DNA of 64,000 nucleotides from Octopus bimaculoides (taxonomy: Eukaryota): positions 155,181,506-155,245,505 of the forward strand of contig NC_068981.1 in the NCBI RefSeq assembly GCF_001194135.2, read 5' to 3'. A program made the position numbers and the translations under genes. This document shows, one piece after another, positions 26,492-39,614 of this stretch (positions within the stretch are counted from its first letter, which is position 1; each line of letters begins with the position of its first letter). The notes under the pieces were generated by a model. The model worked only from the letters and a program-made list of their open reading frames with translations. It was not told the origin of the DNA and did not search any database.

Positions 26492-27544
26492 GAGGCAATC
26501 TTAGTTAAATGAAATATTGTTGATAAAAAGGAGAGCACTTGGAAATTCCTACCTATGCCAATAAAACCTGTATTTGTTTAACTGGTTACTTCAGATACAT
26601 CTGTGAGATTCCCCTCTGCCTTCTTCCTTATTCACTGGTATTTATTCTCTCTTTCTCCTTACCACCATCATATGGAATATTTAAATCATGTTGTGAAACA
26701 AAGTCAGTACTTTCCCTTACATTTCTACCATGAATGTCTATTCAATGTTAGTTTAAAAATAGTCACAGACCAAGTTTATTGGGGCTTCTTGCTATTCATG
26801 AATAATCCGCATGCATAATATGGAAGCTGAGAAGGAGTAGGTAGGAATTCCATACATGCATACATACGTATACATGTGTGTGTGTGTGTTTACATTTACA
26901 GTGAAAGAGGAAAATTAGGAAAAACTTCCATTATTTTGTCTTATAGAAATCTTCCTGTATATTTGTTGTCTATCATTTGCACCAATTACACAATGTAGAT
27001 TTACGCAATATATACTTATCCATACAGCAAAGTTATTTCAATGATGCTGTTGTGATTGTATGGCTCCTTTCTACTGCCATGAACCTCAATCCTGACCATG
27101 TTCACCTTCAGTAATTTTGAATGAATCTAAACTTCAATGAAGTTTCATACACTTGATTTACCCCTTTTGCAATTCTTTGATTCTTGATGAGAAAATGGTT
27201 GTCTTATATCAGTAGACATTACACCACTACTTCTGAATTACTTAAGTTAAGTTCAAAGTTTGGGATGAAGTGAAAAGAGCCGGGAACATAGTGTTAATAG
27301 ATTATCACCTGTACACTAAATTCTTTGCTTATCTTATGTCAATTATGACTTTAATTTTACTAACCTCATACATTGCAAGTAAAGTACTGACTTGTAGTTG
27401 TTAATTTTTTTCTTTCTCCCTTTTTTCTTTTTTGCTCACTTCATTTATAATGTGGAACCTTGTTGAAAGCTACTAGATAGTCACATACTAGATAGAAATG
27501 TTTTTCTTTGGGAAAGAAATTCTCTTGTTAAATATAGCATTATT

Positions 27545-27965
27545 AGGTTGTGAGCTGGTAGAATCATTAGTGAATTGAACAAAATGCTTTGCAACATTTC
27601 TGCAGGCTCTTTAATTTTAAATTAAAATTCCACTAACATTGACTCTGCCTCTCATCCTTTTGAGATTGATAAAATAAGTACCAGTTGAACACTGGGCTTA
27701 ACCCTTTAACCCTTTTGACACCAACCCACCTGAAACTGTTCCTTGTTCAATGGTATAAATGTCCTGTTTTAAAATAATCTAAATTAAAACCTGCCATCAA
27801 AATTTCATGTTAATTTGTTTCAGACACCATCTTAATAATGGTAAAGTTATTTTACTAAATTCTTTATCATTTTCAAAACTATCTGAAAGAAAGGCAGTGT
27901 ATTTCAACAGAATTATGGTAACAAAAGGGTTAAAACTGCTGGCCTTGTACCGAAATTTGAGACCT
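27545..27965 (+). mobile_element. SINE family B (contains the P2 MITE)
   Basis: aggttgtgagctggtagaatcattag...gataaaataagtaccag...ctggccttgtaccgaaatttgagacc. Confidence 0.7.
27706..27933. mobile_element. piggyBac-like MITE, family P2, nested in a family B SINE
   Basis: TTAA-CCCTTTTG...CAAAAGGG-TTAA; the family B SINE sequence resumes on both sides. Confidence 0.8.
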
Positions 27966-28562
27966 TTATTAGCTCTACATTTTCATACAAGTTTTAATTG
28001 CACTTACCCAGCCCAACAAACAAGATTGTTGGAGTGAGGACATTTAGTTTTGGTCCTCATTATTCTGAGTCCAATTCTAGCCAAGATTGACTTTACTTCT
28101 CCCTATCACCATCATTCTCTGCACTCCTGAGGATTGATAAAATATGCATCAATCACATGCTGTGAACAATAATATCATTAGTTCAAAAAATTTTCAATGA
28201 GTCAATCACTGGCTCACTGCATTTCCTATAGAGAGAGTGTCCATGTAATGTGAGCAAAACAAATACCACAAGGTATTTTGTTTAAAAGCACCAGGATTGA
28301 TATGATCAACAGCAGGCTAAAGTCATTTGCATATGGTAGCCCAGCTGGCTGTTCAGTAATAGGCAGTTGCCAAACAACATAAACCCACAGGGGTCTAAAG
28401 GCACATGTACTCATGTGCAAAAACAAAACAACTCTAAGCAGCATGTTATTTCCTAACTTGAGGTACTATTTTAAGTTCATTTATCTCCCCTATCATATAT
28501 ATATTGTCTTATATATTGCCTGATGGTCTTGTTACACTAGAAATCAGAGATAGAATTGTTAT

Positions 28563-28732
28563 TGGTAGGCACAGGCATTGCTGTATGGTTAAGAAGCTTG
28601 CTTCCTAACCATGTGGTTTCAGGTTTGGCCCCTCTTTGCTGCACCTTGTGTCTTCTACCAGACTGTCTAAAACCATGTGAGTGGATTTGGTCGATGGAAA
28701 CTGAAGAAACCTATCATATAAATGTGTGTGTA

Positions 28733-28740
<8 letters not shown>
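28563..28740 (+). mobile_element. SINE family A head
   Basis: ggcattgctgtatggttaagaagcttgcttcctaaccatgtgg...gatggaaactgaagaaacc. Confidence 0.65.
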
Positions 28741-28773
<33 letters not shown>

Positions 28774-30310
28774 GTGTGTGTGTCTTTGTGTATTGACATT
28801 GCATCATTATAAAGTACTGGGGCTGGTGCCACATAAAAAGCACCACTACTTATGCTATGTAAAAAGCAGTTATACAGGTGCCATGTAAAATGCACTGGTT
28901 CTGGTGCCTCATAAAAAACACAGGTGATGGTGCCACATAAAAAGCACCCAGTACACTTTGTAAAGTGGTTGACATTAGGAAGACCATAAAGCTGTTGAAA
29001 TCAAGCCAAAAATAGACTATGGAACCTGGTGCAACCCCATGGCCTTGCCAGCTCCTTTCAATTCTTCCAACTCATGCCAGCATGGAAAATGGACATGTGA
29101 TGATGATGATGATGAGGAGGAGGAGGAGGAGGAGGATGAGGAGGGTGATGATGATGACTGCATGATAGTAGTAAACAAGTATCAGTGTGCTACAAGTTGT
29201 TAGTTTCCAACCTTCCATGAAAATATTTTCAGCTCAAGGGAAATATTACCTTCATTGGAAGCAGGTGAAGGCTGGCCACAGGAAGGGCATCCAGCCATAG
29301 AAAATCTGCTTTGATAAATTCCATCTGACCCATGCAAGAATGGAAAAGTGAATGCTAAAATGCTGCTACCATCACCATGGCCACTGCTGCTGCTGCTGCT
29401 CTCACTGCTATCAGCTTCACTGACAGCAGCAGTGATGACAACACTGACGAAGATCATGATGGAAGTGTGGAAAAGCAGACTGATATCATTTTGACTATTT
29501 CTTAACATTCTGATACACTGGCACAAAGTGACACTATACAATATACAAGATACCTTAATCTCTCTTGGCATGGTACATTAGTAAACTTCTTTTCATTTCT
29601 AACTAGATAAATCCGCTGTTTAACTTTCTACTTAGCCTCCAGGATATATTCTCTGTTATTTATTTCTTCTGTTTCTTTTAAGCCCATCACTTATCTCTTA
29701 TAATATCTTTCTGGCAATATTTGACCACCACGATGACAGCTTCTTGATAAATAAGTTTCTAGTTCTGTTAACCTTTTGGCTGTCCAAAGCTTTTTCATCA
29801 GTTTGTCCTAAACATCTATGCTTATTTTCAAACTAGTAGTCAGCCCTGGTTTCATATGCTCTGAGTAATATAGAGATTTCTTTTCATAAGAACCAAGTTA
29901 TTTTAGTGGTTGAAATTAATTGGCAATGTGTATCATAAGTGATGTATAAATATCAGGGAAATATGTCAGGCAAAGGGATAAGAATGTCAAATTATATAAA
30001 AGTACTCTATGCTTAGCTCTCTGTTCAAATAATCATTTGCTACAATGCTACATTTTGGAGTCCAATCATTTATTTTATTATTGTTTTATATTACACTTAG
30101 AGAACAATAGTGTTATTGGTTATAGACTTCCTGATGACCAATAACTGGTTCACTGCATTTCCAATGGTGAGAATGACACTTGAATATCTATGCGGAACAA
30201 ATACCAGCATATATATATTTTTTTTTTTTTAGATTTGAAAGCACCAGTTTGTCAGTTTCCTTGTTGATATACATTGATGTAAAATACATATACACATAAA
30301 CATGTGCACA

Positions 30311-30373
<63 letters not shown>

Positions 30374-30519
30374 ACACACACACACATACACACACAATTT
30401 TCATAAGGCATTGGCTAACCTGAGGCTGCAGCAGAAGCAGGTCCGTGCATTCAGTATACAAAATCTTTCACTTCTACTCTAACTCTTCTATTTTTAATGG
30501 GACTAATCATGTATTTCTT

Positions 30520-30750
30520 ATATCAAGGGCTTCAAATTTTGGCACATGGCCAGCAATTTTAAAGGAGTGGGTAAGTTGATTACATTGACCCCAGTGTTCA
30601 ACTGGTACTTATTTTTATTTACTCTGAAAGGATGAAAAGTAAAGTTGACCTTGGTGGAATCTGAAGCCAGAACATAAAGAGTCAGAGAAAAAATGCTGCT
30701 AAGCATTTTGTCCCACTGACTAATGATCCTACCAGTTTTTTGCCTTATTA
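30520..30750 (-). mobile_element. SINE family B
   Basis: Same blocks as the other family B copies. Confidence 0.75.
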
Positions 30751-30888
30751 TATTTCTTATATTAATAGAAAACACACAACACACATGACCATTGTGAACC
30801 ATTAAGTTTCATCATGATTAGAACACCCCTAACCTCTTAAAATTTGAACTGAAAGCTTATAGATATGCTTGTTGTGGCTTTTTATGTT

Positions 30889-31051
30889 ATTCTTTTATTC
30901 TTTTATTTGTTTCAGTCATTTGACTGTGGCCATGCTGGAGCACCACCTTTAGTTGAATAAATCACCCCTAGGACTTATTCTTTGTAAGCCGAACCACTAA
31001 GTTAAGGGGACATAAATACACCATCGGTTGTCAAGTGAAGGTGGGGGACAA

Positions 31052-31090
<39 letters not shown>

Positions 31091-31255
31091 CACAATGGGC
31101 TTCTTTCAGTTTCCATGTACCATATCCACTCACAAGGCTTTGGTCGGTTCGAGGCTATAGTAGAAGACACTTGCCCAAGGTGCCATGCAGTGGGACTGAA
31201 CCCGGAACCATGTGGCTGGTAAGCAAGCTACTTACCACACAGCCACTCCTGCACT
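30889..31255 (-). mobile_element. SINE family A, near full length
   Basis: Reverse complement of the family A consensus seen at 39194 and 56504. Confidence 0.85.
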
Positions 31256-34200
31256 TATATATTTTTAAAGAATTTATAAATGATGACGCATAAGACAAAA
31301 CTTGTAAAGTTAATAAAAAGAAGCTGTTATTAAAAGGCTTAAAAGTATATAAAAGAAATAAATTATAAAAAAGATTATAAAATCATAAAATTATCTTTCA
31401 TAAAAAAAAATCAGGCACATTGTTGTTTATCAGTTAAAACAAAAAGGTTGAACTCTTAAATCAAATTAGATGATCGTTTTAAAAGAAATAAAGTCAACTT
31501 GATACACAACTCTTCCTTTTTGAGATTAAAGCATTGTTTGAATATAAAACTGCAATGAATGTAGCATAAAAGATTATATTGAATAAAATAAAAATTATAT
31601 TGGAAAGAATTGAAAAGTTCATCCCTACATAATTCTTGAAGAAACATTTTATCTACACAAGAGGAGTTAAATCCAAAATTCAAAATTTACTAACATCATG
31701 TTCTTAGAAACAGAACTACTTCTCCTGCATTTGCCTTCATAGTTGTTAAATCCTGAATTGATTATTTTCAAATTAGAATATGTGAAAGTGGAAATTTAAA
31801 TGCATTAGATTACATGTTACATTTAGTTGTAGTCAAGAATTAGTCTGAATTGGTACATTTTTATCATCACCATTTTGGCATCCGCTTTTCCATGCTTGCA
31901 TGCATTGGACAGAGTTTATTGAGATAGGTTTCCTATGGTGGGATGCCTATCCTGTTGCCAACCCTCATCTGTTTCCGAGCAAGGTAATATTTCCACATGG
32001 CCAGACATGCACTTGCACAATTTGGAAACAAATGACACTGCTTGTATGACAGTGACGATCATTTACAACTACCACATGATGTCAAGACAAGGAGGTACAA
32101 ACACACACACACTTGCATGCACGCACGCACACACACACACACACACACATGTACCAGGCTTCTCTCAGTTTCCATCTTTCTGCTTTCCAAATCCATTTAC
32201 AAGGCTTTGGTTGGCCTGGGTTTATAGCAGAAAACACTTCTCCAAGGTTCCACACAATGGAATTGAAACCAGAACCATGTGGTTGGGACACTACCATAAG
32301 CAGAAAACATATATTTAAGGTACTGCACAATGGAATGAAACTTGGACCCACATAACCATATCTGTGCTTTTGTTTGTCTTATTCCTGGTTTAAAAAAAAA
32401 ATTAACCAACTGGTAGCTAACTAATTGGTTGGTTGTTATTGTGAACTTTACATTGCTCATAGTCAATGCCTTGACATTCATACTAATACAGGGTTTCATT
32501 TGTCTCTCTCTCTCTCTCTTACCATTTGTTCTGATGTAGTGAAGTTCTTTAAACATACCAGTGTATCTGTATTGTTAACCTGCTATCATTACAATATCTC
32601 TAGTCTATTGTCTTTTATGTAGATTTTTTTTACTAGGATCTTATAAACAAAAATAGGGTTATAATTCTATTGTTATATTATTGTAATTATGATCTAAGGC
32701 ATTCTAACCATGACCATCTCATCCTTTTTTATTTGTGTTATTTGTCCTTTATTAAAGATGATATGATGGTTGTTTTGCAGTTATTTCCAGCAGGTGAGCA
32801 CCCACATACAGGCTTCCTTGGAGAAATTTAAGTGGCTATCATGTTTCCAATTAATAATTCAGTATCATAATTCAATCACTATGACTACATCAGTTAAACT
32901 TGCAACCAATTTTTGCGTTGATTTGCCAAATTTCTACATGGACATCTGGTTAAGAAATCGTCTTCAGAGCTATGAGATTACAGGTTCAATTGCAGTGCAC
33001 AGCTCTTTGGGAAAATGTCTTTTAACATAGCATTGAGTTAACCAAAGCTTGGTAAGTAAAACTTGGCAGATAATAATTTAGTAGAAGCTTGGAAAGTGGA
33101 CCATTTCTGTTTTAGGGTGGAAGACTTAATTTGCCACCCAGTTTAACACATGGCTCATGTGTGCTTTTAATGAGGCCCTTCCTGTTGGAATTATTAAGGT
33201 GAGATCTTCTTTATGAATATAACATTCTCCTATCCTTCCATCTGTTTTGAAGTCCCTAGAAATAAAAATGAGTACTGCCTTTCTTCCTATGATTAAGCTC
33301 TTACAAAAAATCTCAATTCAAATCTAGAAGAACTTGCTTGCTCTCCTTCTTCATGATTTATTTAACTTCTACAATCTTCTACCTTATCTTTTGCCCAGGT
33401 TAAGCTGTTAAACATTTTGCCAAGAAGATTTCTTGATGATGTTGAAAGAATATTCACAACTGACACCTACTTAGAAGCCTTGTTAATGTAGTTGATACTA
33501 TTTGAGGTATCATTCTGTGCAGCATATTTAATTTGGTGTTGTTGCTATGGTTGAATATCCTATAATGTTCATTTGTTGCTGCATCTAAATTCAAAATGTT
33601 GTTACCAAATAAAATCGTCATTATTATATATTGCTGTTGGAGTTTATTGTTGATGTTAGACCCTTATCAGCTTCAATATAGCAAGCCTGAAGTCAAAGCA
33701 CTGTAGCAATGACCAACCTACTTTTAAGGATATGTAAGGCTAAGAATATTATGTAAAATATTCTTGTCTTGTTTAATATAACAGAGTCTAATTTTAAGGA
33801 TATTTTGTGGCTATTTTTAGCATTCTGAGTCATTATATAGAGACTCCCTCACTGGTCTGAGCTCCATTAGTTTTATTTGGAAGCATTTTCTCCAGATGAG
33901 TTATTTTCAGACTGTTATACATTGCAGCTAGGACTTCTGGTTCTTTGCCAAAATGATATCTACTGACTTTGTAGAATCCTCACTTTTTTCTGTTATAACT
34001 GCAAGCATAAAGATTCTACATTTGCTGCCTGATTTTTCCAAATTCCATGCTGCATACGCAACAAATCGCTTTCCAAAGTTGAACTGTTTTGTCAATGCAA
34101 GTATATAGTGATCAAGCATGAAAATTATCAAATTGCTCCAACACAACAAAGCAAACATGTTTAACAGTGAGTGTACTTTCCATAGTCCTTTAATAGCACA

Positions 34201-34284
34201 TTCTAGACTTAGCTCCCATCCTTGTTAATCTCTTCAGTTTTTCTCACATTACAAGAAACTATCCTAATCTATGTAAGCTCAAAT

Positions 34285-35130
34285 GATGTGTCCAATTCCA
34301 AAGAAGAGCAACTCCTCTGACCCTGTCCAATAACTACCCTATTACTACTCATTTCCTATAGCTCAAAAACAAAAGAAAGGGTCATAAACAACTGCCTCTA
34401 TCACTTTCAGTCTTCCTCTCTCTTGTCAGTGAATACAAATATGGTTCCAAAAAGCTGTCTTATACCCACACCAATGCTAGCTTACTCTTGAGAATTTTGG
34501 GGAAAAGCAGTAGTTTTGCTTCTCATGTGATCAGGTGTTTCCTGTCAAAATAGAGTGCTGGTAACATCTAAGGAACAAAGCTACTGTACACAAACATCGA
34601 AATATATATCCAAAAGAAGGTCATTCCACTGATTGAGAAGGATGCAACTACTGATCTACAAACACCCTGCTCTTCTCCCCATTTCTTCTGTTGCTACTAC
34701 AATATCTTGTGTTCCTCTGAAGTAGCAAGCTGTACATCACCTCTAACCAAATTCATTTCATACACCTACTTATACTAAGCCCACCTAAATCTATTTGATA
34801 CACTTACTTCTACTACCTAAACTCATTTGATAAACCTACCACTAACAATTTAATCTATGAGGCCAATAAGAGAACCTCTACATGGTCATTTGATCTGTGA
34901 GAAATAGCAGCTAAATCTCCCTTAAATGGGGAAGACGTTTGGATCACATGATATCGGGTTCTCTGCACATAGGAAAAAATGGAGTGGGTCATAGATGGAA
35001 TGTCTGTAACAGAGCTCACCAGAGGATAACCTATTTTACCAAGGCTAACTTGCAACTTAAGAAATACAACTTCCATCAAAAAGCCACATGACACACCAGC
35101 AATTCCTCCCATGTTCCACCCTGCAGACCA
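34285..35130 (+). mobile_element. Decayed CR1/Jockey-group RT fragment
   Basis: Fragments resembling VxPIPKK..SSDP.NY.PI and a following RT domain; heavily frameshifted. Confidence 0.45.
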
Positions 35131-35284
35131 GTGTTTCTTAACCTTCCCTTAAATAAATTACATGTCTCAAGGAACCCCTGCACAAAAAAAAAATTATATA
35201 CCATATCTTTCTCATATATTTTTCATTGTAGTTTACATGGTAAATATCATAAATCTTAGGCCAACAGGTTTTGGGGGTCTGGCG

Positions 35285-35344
<60 letters not shown>

Positions 35345-35345
35345 C

Positions 35346-35578
35346 ATCATCATCATCATTGTTTAACGTCCGCTTTCCATGCTAGCATGGGTTGGACGAT
35401 TTGACTGAAGACTGGCGAACTGGATGGCTGCACCAGGCTCCAACCTGATCTGGCAGAGTTTCTACAGTTGGATGCCTTTCCTAACGCCAACCACTCTGAA
35501 AGTGTAGTGGGTGCTTTTATGTGCCACCGGCACAAGGGCCAGTCAGGCGGTACTGGCAATGGCCACACTCGAATGTTT
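35346..35578 (-). mobile_element. Family C SINE-like element with RTE-related tail and (GAT)n end (best-preserved copy)
   Basis: Minus strand GTGGTTGGCGTTAGGAAAGGCATCCA...AACCCATGCTAGCATGGAAAGCGGACGTTAAAC(GAT)n. Related copies near 1-63, 745-893, 1050-1170, 7200-7310, 22888-23050, 23430-23760, 28800-29160, 31860-32090, 36160-36395, 47727-47960, 61775-62020. Confidence 0.8.
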
Positions 35579-36636
35579 TCTAACATGCCACACATATATA
35601 TATATAATCATATAAATATTGTAATATTACAATATTACAATAACCAGTAATATGCTGTGCATGAATAGTAATATTATGATCATGAAATTAGCATTAGCTT
35701 ATCTCACACTTTCTCACTGAACCCTAGGGTTCAGAGGAACCCTGGTAGAGAAACGCTGCTATAGACACTACACAAAAAACTGTCCACTCATTCTTTCTCA
35801 TAGTTGCAGCCTTCCTTGAAAATGTTTTGTCTCAAAGTATCAACCTACAGAAGTTCAGACTGAATATCAACTGCATCAATCCCAACAGTCTGGGATTGTT
35901 TACTAAAATTATAGGTGTTACTGTTTACCTCCTCTGGATAATTAACAGAACAAAACATGTGGAATTATATCCTGTTTGAATATAAATTAAGACATTGAGA
36001 ACAGAGATGGTTAGGGTGAGAGAAACAAGAGAAAGGTGCCAAGTAGACAGTAGCTGTATGGTAGGCCAAACGTGCCAACATACTTTGTGGGAACCAAATG
36101 TGAGATGAATGTGGCAGATACCATGACCTTTCAAAGGTTAGCTGAGTTATGAAAGCAATCATCATCATTATCGTCATCATCATTATTGTCCACTTTTCTA
36201 TGCTTGCATAGATCAAACAGAATTTGTTGAGATGGATTTTCTTTAGATGGAGGCCCTTCTTGTTGCCAACTCTCACTTGTTTCCAAACAAGGTAATATTC
36301 CTCATGACCAGACGTTTTTATGTAAGATTGGAAATGAAGCACACCACTTGCATTGCATGATGGTGACATTCATTTACAACTATCATGTGAAGGTAAGGAG
36401 AGAATCACACACACACAAGGCAGCCTTTGTCTTTTTCTATCCAAAAGGGATTTTCAACCCAATGTTAATATTTATAGCTTTATGTGATGTGCTTCAAGAA
36501 CCATTGTTCCAAAAATGATATATGTGTGTGTGTGTGTATATTCTTTTCTACTCAAGGCACAAGGCCAGAAATTTTTGGGGAGGGAGCCAGTCAATTAGAT
36601 TGATCCTAATACACAACTGGTACTTAATTTATTGAC

Positions 36637-36842
36637 GGTTCTATAATTAAGAGATGAGGAATTATGTACATTATTTACATTTGATGGATATTTGTCCTCA
36701 TCTTGTTTGTTGTTAACTCAATGTTTCCAGCCTTCATCAAGTGTCTTGGGGAAATTTCGAACCTGGGTTCTCATTCCTAAGGTATTTTTCGATGTTATTA
36801 TTATTGGAATCGAACTCAGAATCTTGAGGTTAGTAGCCCGCG
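36637..36842 (-). mobile_element. Inverted second copy of family D element
   Basis: Reverse complement matches 36940-37161 almost throughout. It lacks the A box, has a 15-nt deletion in the hammerhead stem II, and extends ~50 nt further 3'. Confidence 0.8.
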
Positions 36843-36910
36843 GCCCGTGGGCTTTTTTTCTTTGCTGTAGCTACCATCACTTATAAGACTTATAAGACTT
36901 ATATGCCCAT

Positions 36911-36981
36911 GGGCATATAGCGTAGTGGTTAAGAGTGTGGGCTACTAACCCCAAGATTCCGAGTTTGATTCCAAGCAGTGA

Positions 36982-37040
<59 letters not shown>

Positions 37041-37163
37041 TCGAAAAATACCTTAGGAATGAGAACCCAGGTTTGAAATTTCCCCATGACACCTGATGAA
37101 AGCTGGAGGGTATATCAGCTGAAACATTGTGTTAACAACAAACAAGATGAGGACAAATATCCG
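36911..37163 (+). mobile_element. tRNA-headed retroelement (family D) with hammerhead-like 3' part
   Basis: A box TAGCGTAGTGG (36918-36928), B-box-like GTTTGATTCC (36963-36972), internal (AAT)n, then CTGATGA-stem-GAAAC motif. A second copy lies inverted at 36637-36842. Confidence 0.75.
37088..37133 (+). ncRNA. Minimal type I hammerhead ribozyme motif (Penelope-type), probably inactivated in this copy
   Basis: GACAC / CTGATGA / A / AGCTG-10nt-CAGCT / GAAA / CATT / GTGTT. Stem I GACAC:GTGTT, stem II 5 bp, core intact. Helix III reads ACAT instead of palindromic ACGT (CpG decay inferred). Confidence 0.65.
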
Positions 37164-37289
37164 TTAATTTATTGACCCTGAAAGGATGAAAGGCAAAGTC
37201 GACAGATGACATACCGCTAAGCATTTCACCCAGTGTGCTAACGTTTCTGCCAGCTTGCTGCTTTTAAAAATATTTTCTAAATTATTCTT

Positions 37290-37487
37290 TTCTACCCTAG
37301 GCACGAAGCCTGACATTTTGGGGGAGGGAGCCAGTCAATTAGATCGACTCCAGTATGCAACTAGTACTTAATTTATCGACCCCAAAAGGATGAAAAGCAA
37401 AGTCGACCTTGGTGGGATTTGAACTCAGAGCATAAAGATGGGCGAAATACTCGGCGTGCTGACATTTCTGCCAGCTTGTCGCCTTAT
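37290..37487 (-). mobile_element. SINE family B
   Basis: ggcacgaagcctgacattttggggg...gcaaagtcgaccttggtggg...ctgccagcttgtcgcctt. Confidence 0.8.
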
Positions 37488-38658
37488 GTGTGTGTGTATT
37501 AAAAGGATAATTAAGAGGCATAATTGGTTGAATGGTTATGTCCCTTTACATTCTTAATTCAAATCCTGTGTGTTTTAATTGTCTTCTATTTTTCCAGAAT
37601 TGATATAATACAATAACCATGTATACACGTTCTGTGATTGATTTAACCCTCTGTATTCCTGCCTTAAAACTGGTATCCTTGTGCCTATTTCAAAAACATA
37701 TGTAACAATAATTCTGCTTGAAACTGAAAAGGCTGGGGAATGGAGATCATATACACAAGCAGTAATGCATTGCCAACCAAGTTAAATATACAGGTTGTCA
37801 GAACAGTACAAATAAAATGGCTTAAAGTGTTATAAAGAACGACAGCTGGCAATTCTTTGTAAGAATCTAACTTGGCTGCAATTTTCAAAAAGAATCAACT
37901 AAATGACCTTTTCGTTTGATTCACTATGTAAAATTTATTCCTTCTTAAGCTTATTTCATGGAAACAAGATGTCAAAAATGATTTCGATTATATACACCAC
38001 ACGCACTACGCTACACATCACGTATACACGTATACACAGACTATATTCACAATTCTGTTATGTTACAATAGATTGCCATGACATTTGACCTTATCCAAGC
38101 AAAATTTCCTGCAAGTCTTTGGCTCCAATGCTGAATTCACTTATTCTCTTATTGACCAATGATAAATACTACTAATATTGATTTTATTTGATTATAAAAA
38201 CCGTAAAACTGTTCTTGAGTAATTTTTATATATTCTCATGTATTGGTAGATTTAAGTAAATATTTTATCTTAATCATTGAAACATTACTGATAACTACAT
38301 TTTACTGAAAGGAATAATGGAGGTCAGAGTTGTAACTTTTTTGCATTTTGCTTCTTTCATGTCAACAATTACATTCTATTGAATGATTTGATTTATTTGA
38401 TTTGTTTTCAGTAAGTCTGAAGGAACAGTAGTGCTTATAACCTTCTCAGATCCTCCAAGACTACAAAATTGAAGAAGTCTGTATAAAGTTGCTATTACTG
38501 CTTAACAGTTGGCATTTAATGTGTACAGCATATGGCTGGTATTCAATGTGTACAGTGTGTAGATGGTATTCCATGTATACAACTGGTTTTTCTACATGTA
38601 ATGTGTACAATAGATATTTTATGTGTAAGTGTACAGTTGGTTTCCTATGTGTAGCTTA

Positions 38659-38862
38659 TGAGGGGATGCTGAAAAGTTCTTGGCTTTGGATAAAAGAAAA
38701 TATAGGAGGATGAATTAATTATGATTTTATTCAACATATTCCCCTCCCAGATTTACACACTTATTTCAGCAGTCTTTCAGTTTTTCTAAGCCCTGTAAAA
38801 GAACTAGGAAATTTGGACCTCCAACCATGCCTTAAAGCCAGGAACTTTTCAGCACCCCCTCG
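38659..38862. mobile_element. mariner-type MITE
   Basis: TIRs (C/T)GAGGGG(A/G)TGCTGAAAAGTTC(C/T)TGGCTTT with TA on both sides; 204 bp. Confidence 0.88.
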
Positions 38863-39193
38863 TATACTGTTGATATTTAATGTGTCCTTTGTACTGTTGG
38901 TATTCAATGTGTTAATTGGTGGTATTCAATGAATACTTTGTACAGCTAGTATGTAGTTTGTAATGTATATAGTTGATATTAAGTTCAAATTATTGTAGAT
39001 AAGTGGTTAGAAAGAAAATACCACTACTAATAATAATGGTTTTAAATTTTGGCACAAGGCCAGTAATTCCAGGGTAGGGGATAAACTCGATTACATCAAC
39101 CTCAATGCTTAACTGGTACTTATATCATCAATCCCAAAAGGATGAAAGGCAAAAATCAACCCTGGTGGATTAATAATAATAATTTTTTCTTAT

Positions 39194-39614
39194 AGGTGCA
39201 AGAGTGGCGGTGTAGTAAGTAGCTTACTTACCAACCACATGGTTCTGGGTTCAGTCCCACTGCGTGGCACCTTGGGCAAGTGTCTTCTACTATAGCCTTG
39301 GGCCGACCAAAGCCTTGTGAGTGGATTTGCTAGACGGAAACTGAAAGAAGCCCGTCATATATATGTATATATATATGTATGTGTGTGTATATGTTTGTGT
39401 GTCTGTGATTGTCCCCCCTAGCATTGCTTGACAACCGATGCTGGTGTGTTTATGTCCCCGTCACTTAGTGGTTCGGCAAAAAGAGACTGATAGAATAAGT
39501 ACTAGGCTTCCAAAGAATAAGTCCTGGGGTCGATTTGCTCGACTAAAGGCGGTGCTCCAGCATGGCTGCAGTCAAATTACTGAAACAAGTAAAAGAGTAA
39601 AAGAGTAAAAGAGT
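39194..39614 (+). mobile_element. tRNA-derived SINE family A, near full length
   Basis: A/B boxes (GTGGCGGTGTAG, GGTTCAGTCCC), conserved GGGCAAGTGTCTTCTACTATAGC and GACGGAAACTGAAAGAAGCCC blocks, internal (TA/TG)n, (GAGTAAAA)n tail. Confidence 0.85.

Larger units (their letters stand above)
36555..37265 (-). mobile_element. SINE family B split by the family D inverted dimer
   Basis: Left part 36555-36636, right part 37164-37265; 13-bp duplication TTAATTTATTGAC at both junctions. Confidence 0.8.

Noticed and set aside
36911-36975. Functional tRNA gene
   Set aside because: Acceptor stem and anticodon stem do not pair fully, no oligo-T terminator, and it continues into a repeated element body.
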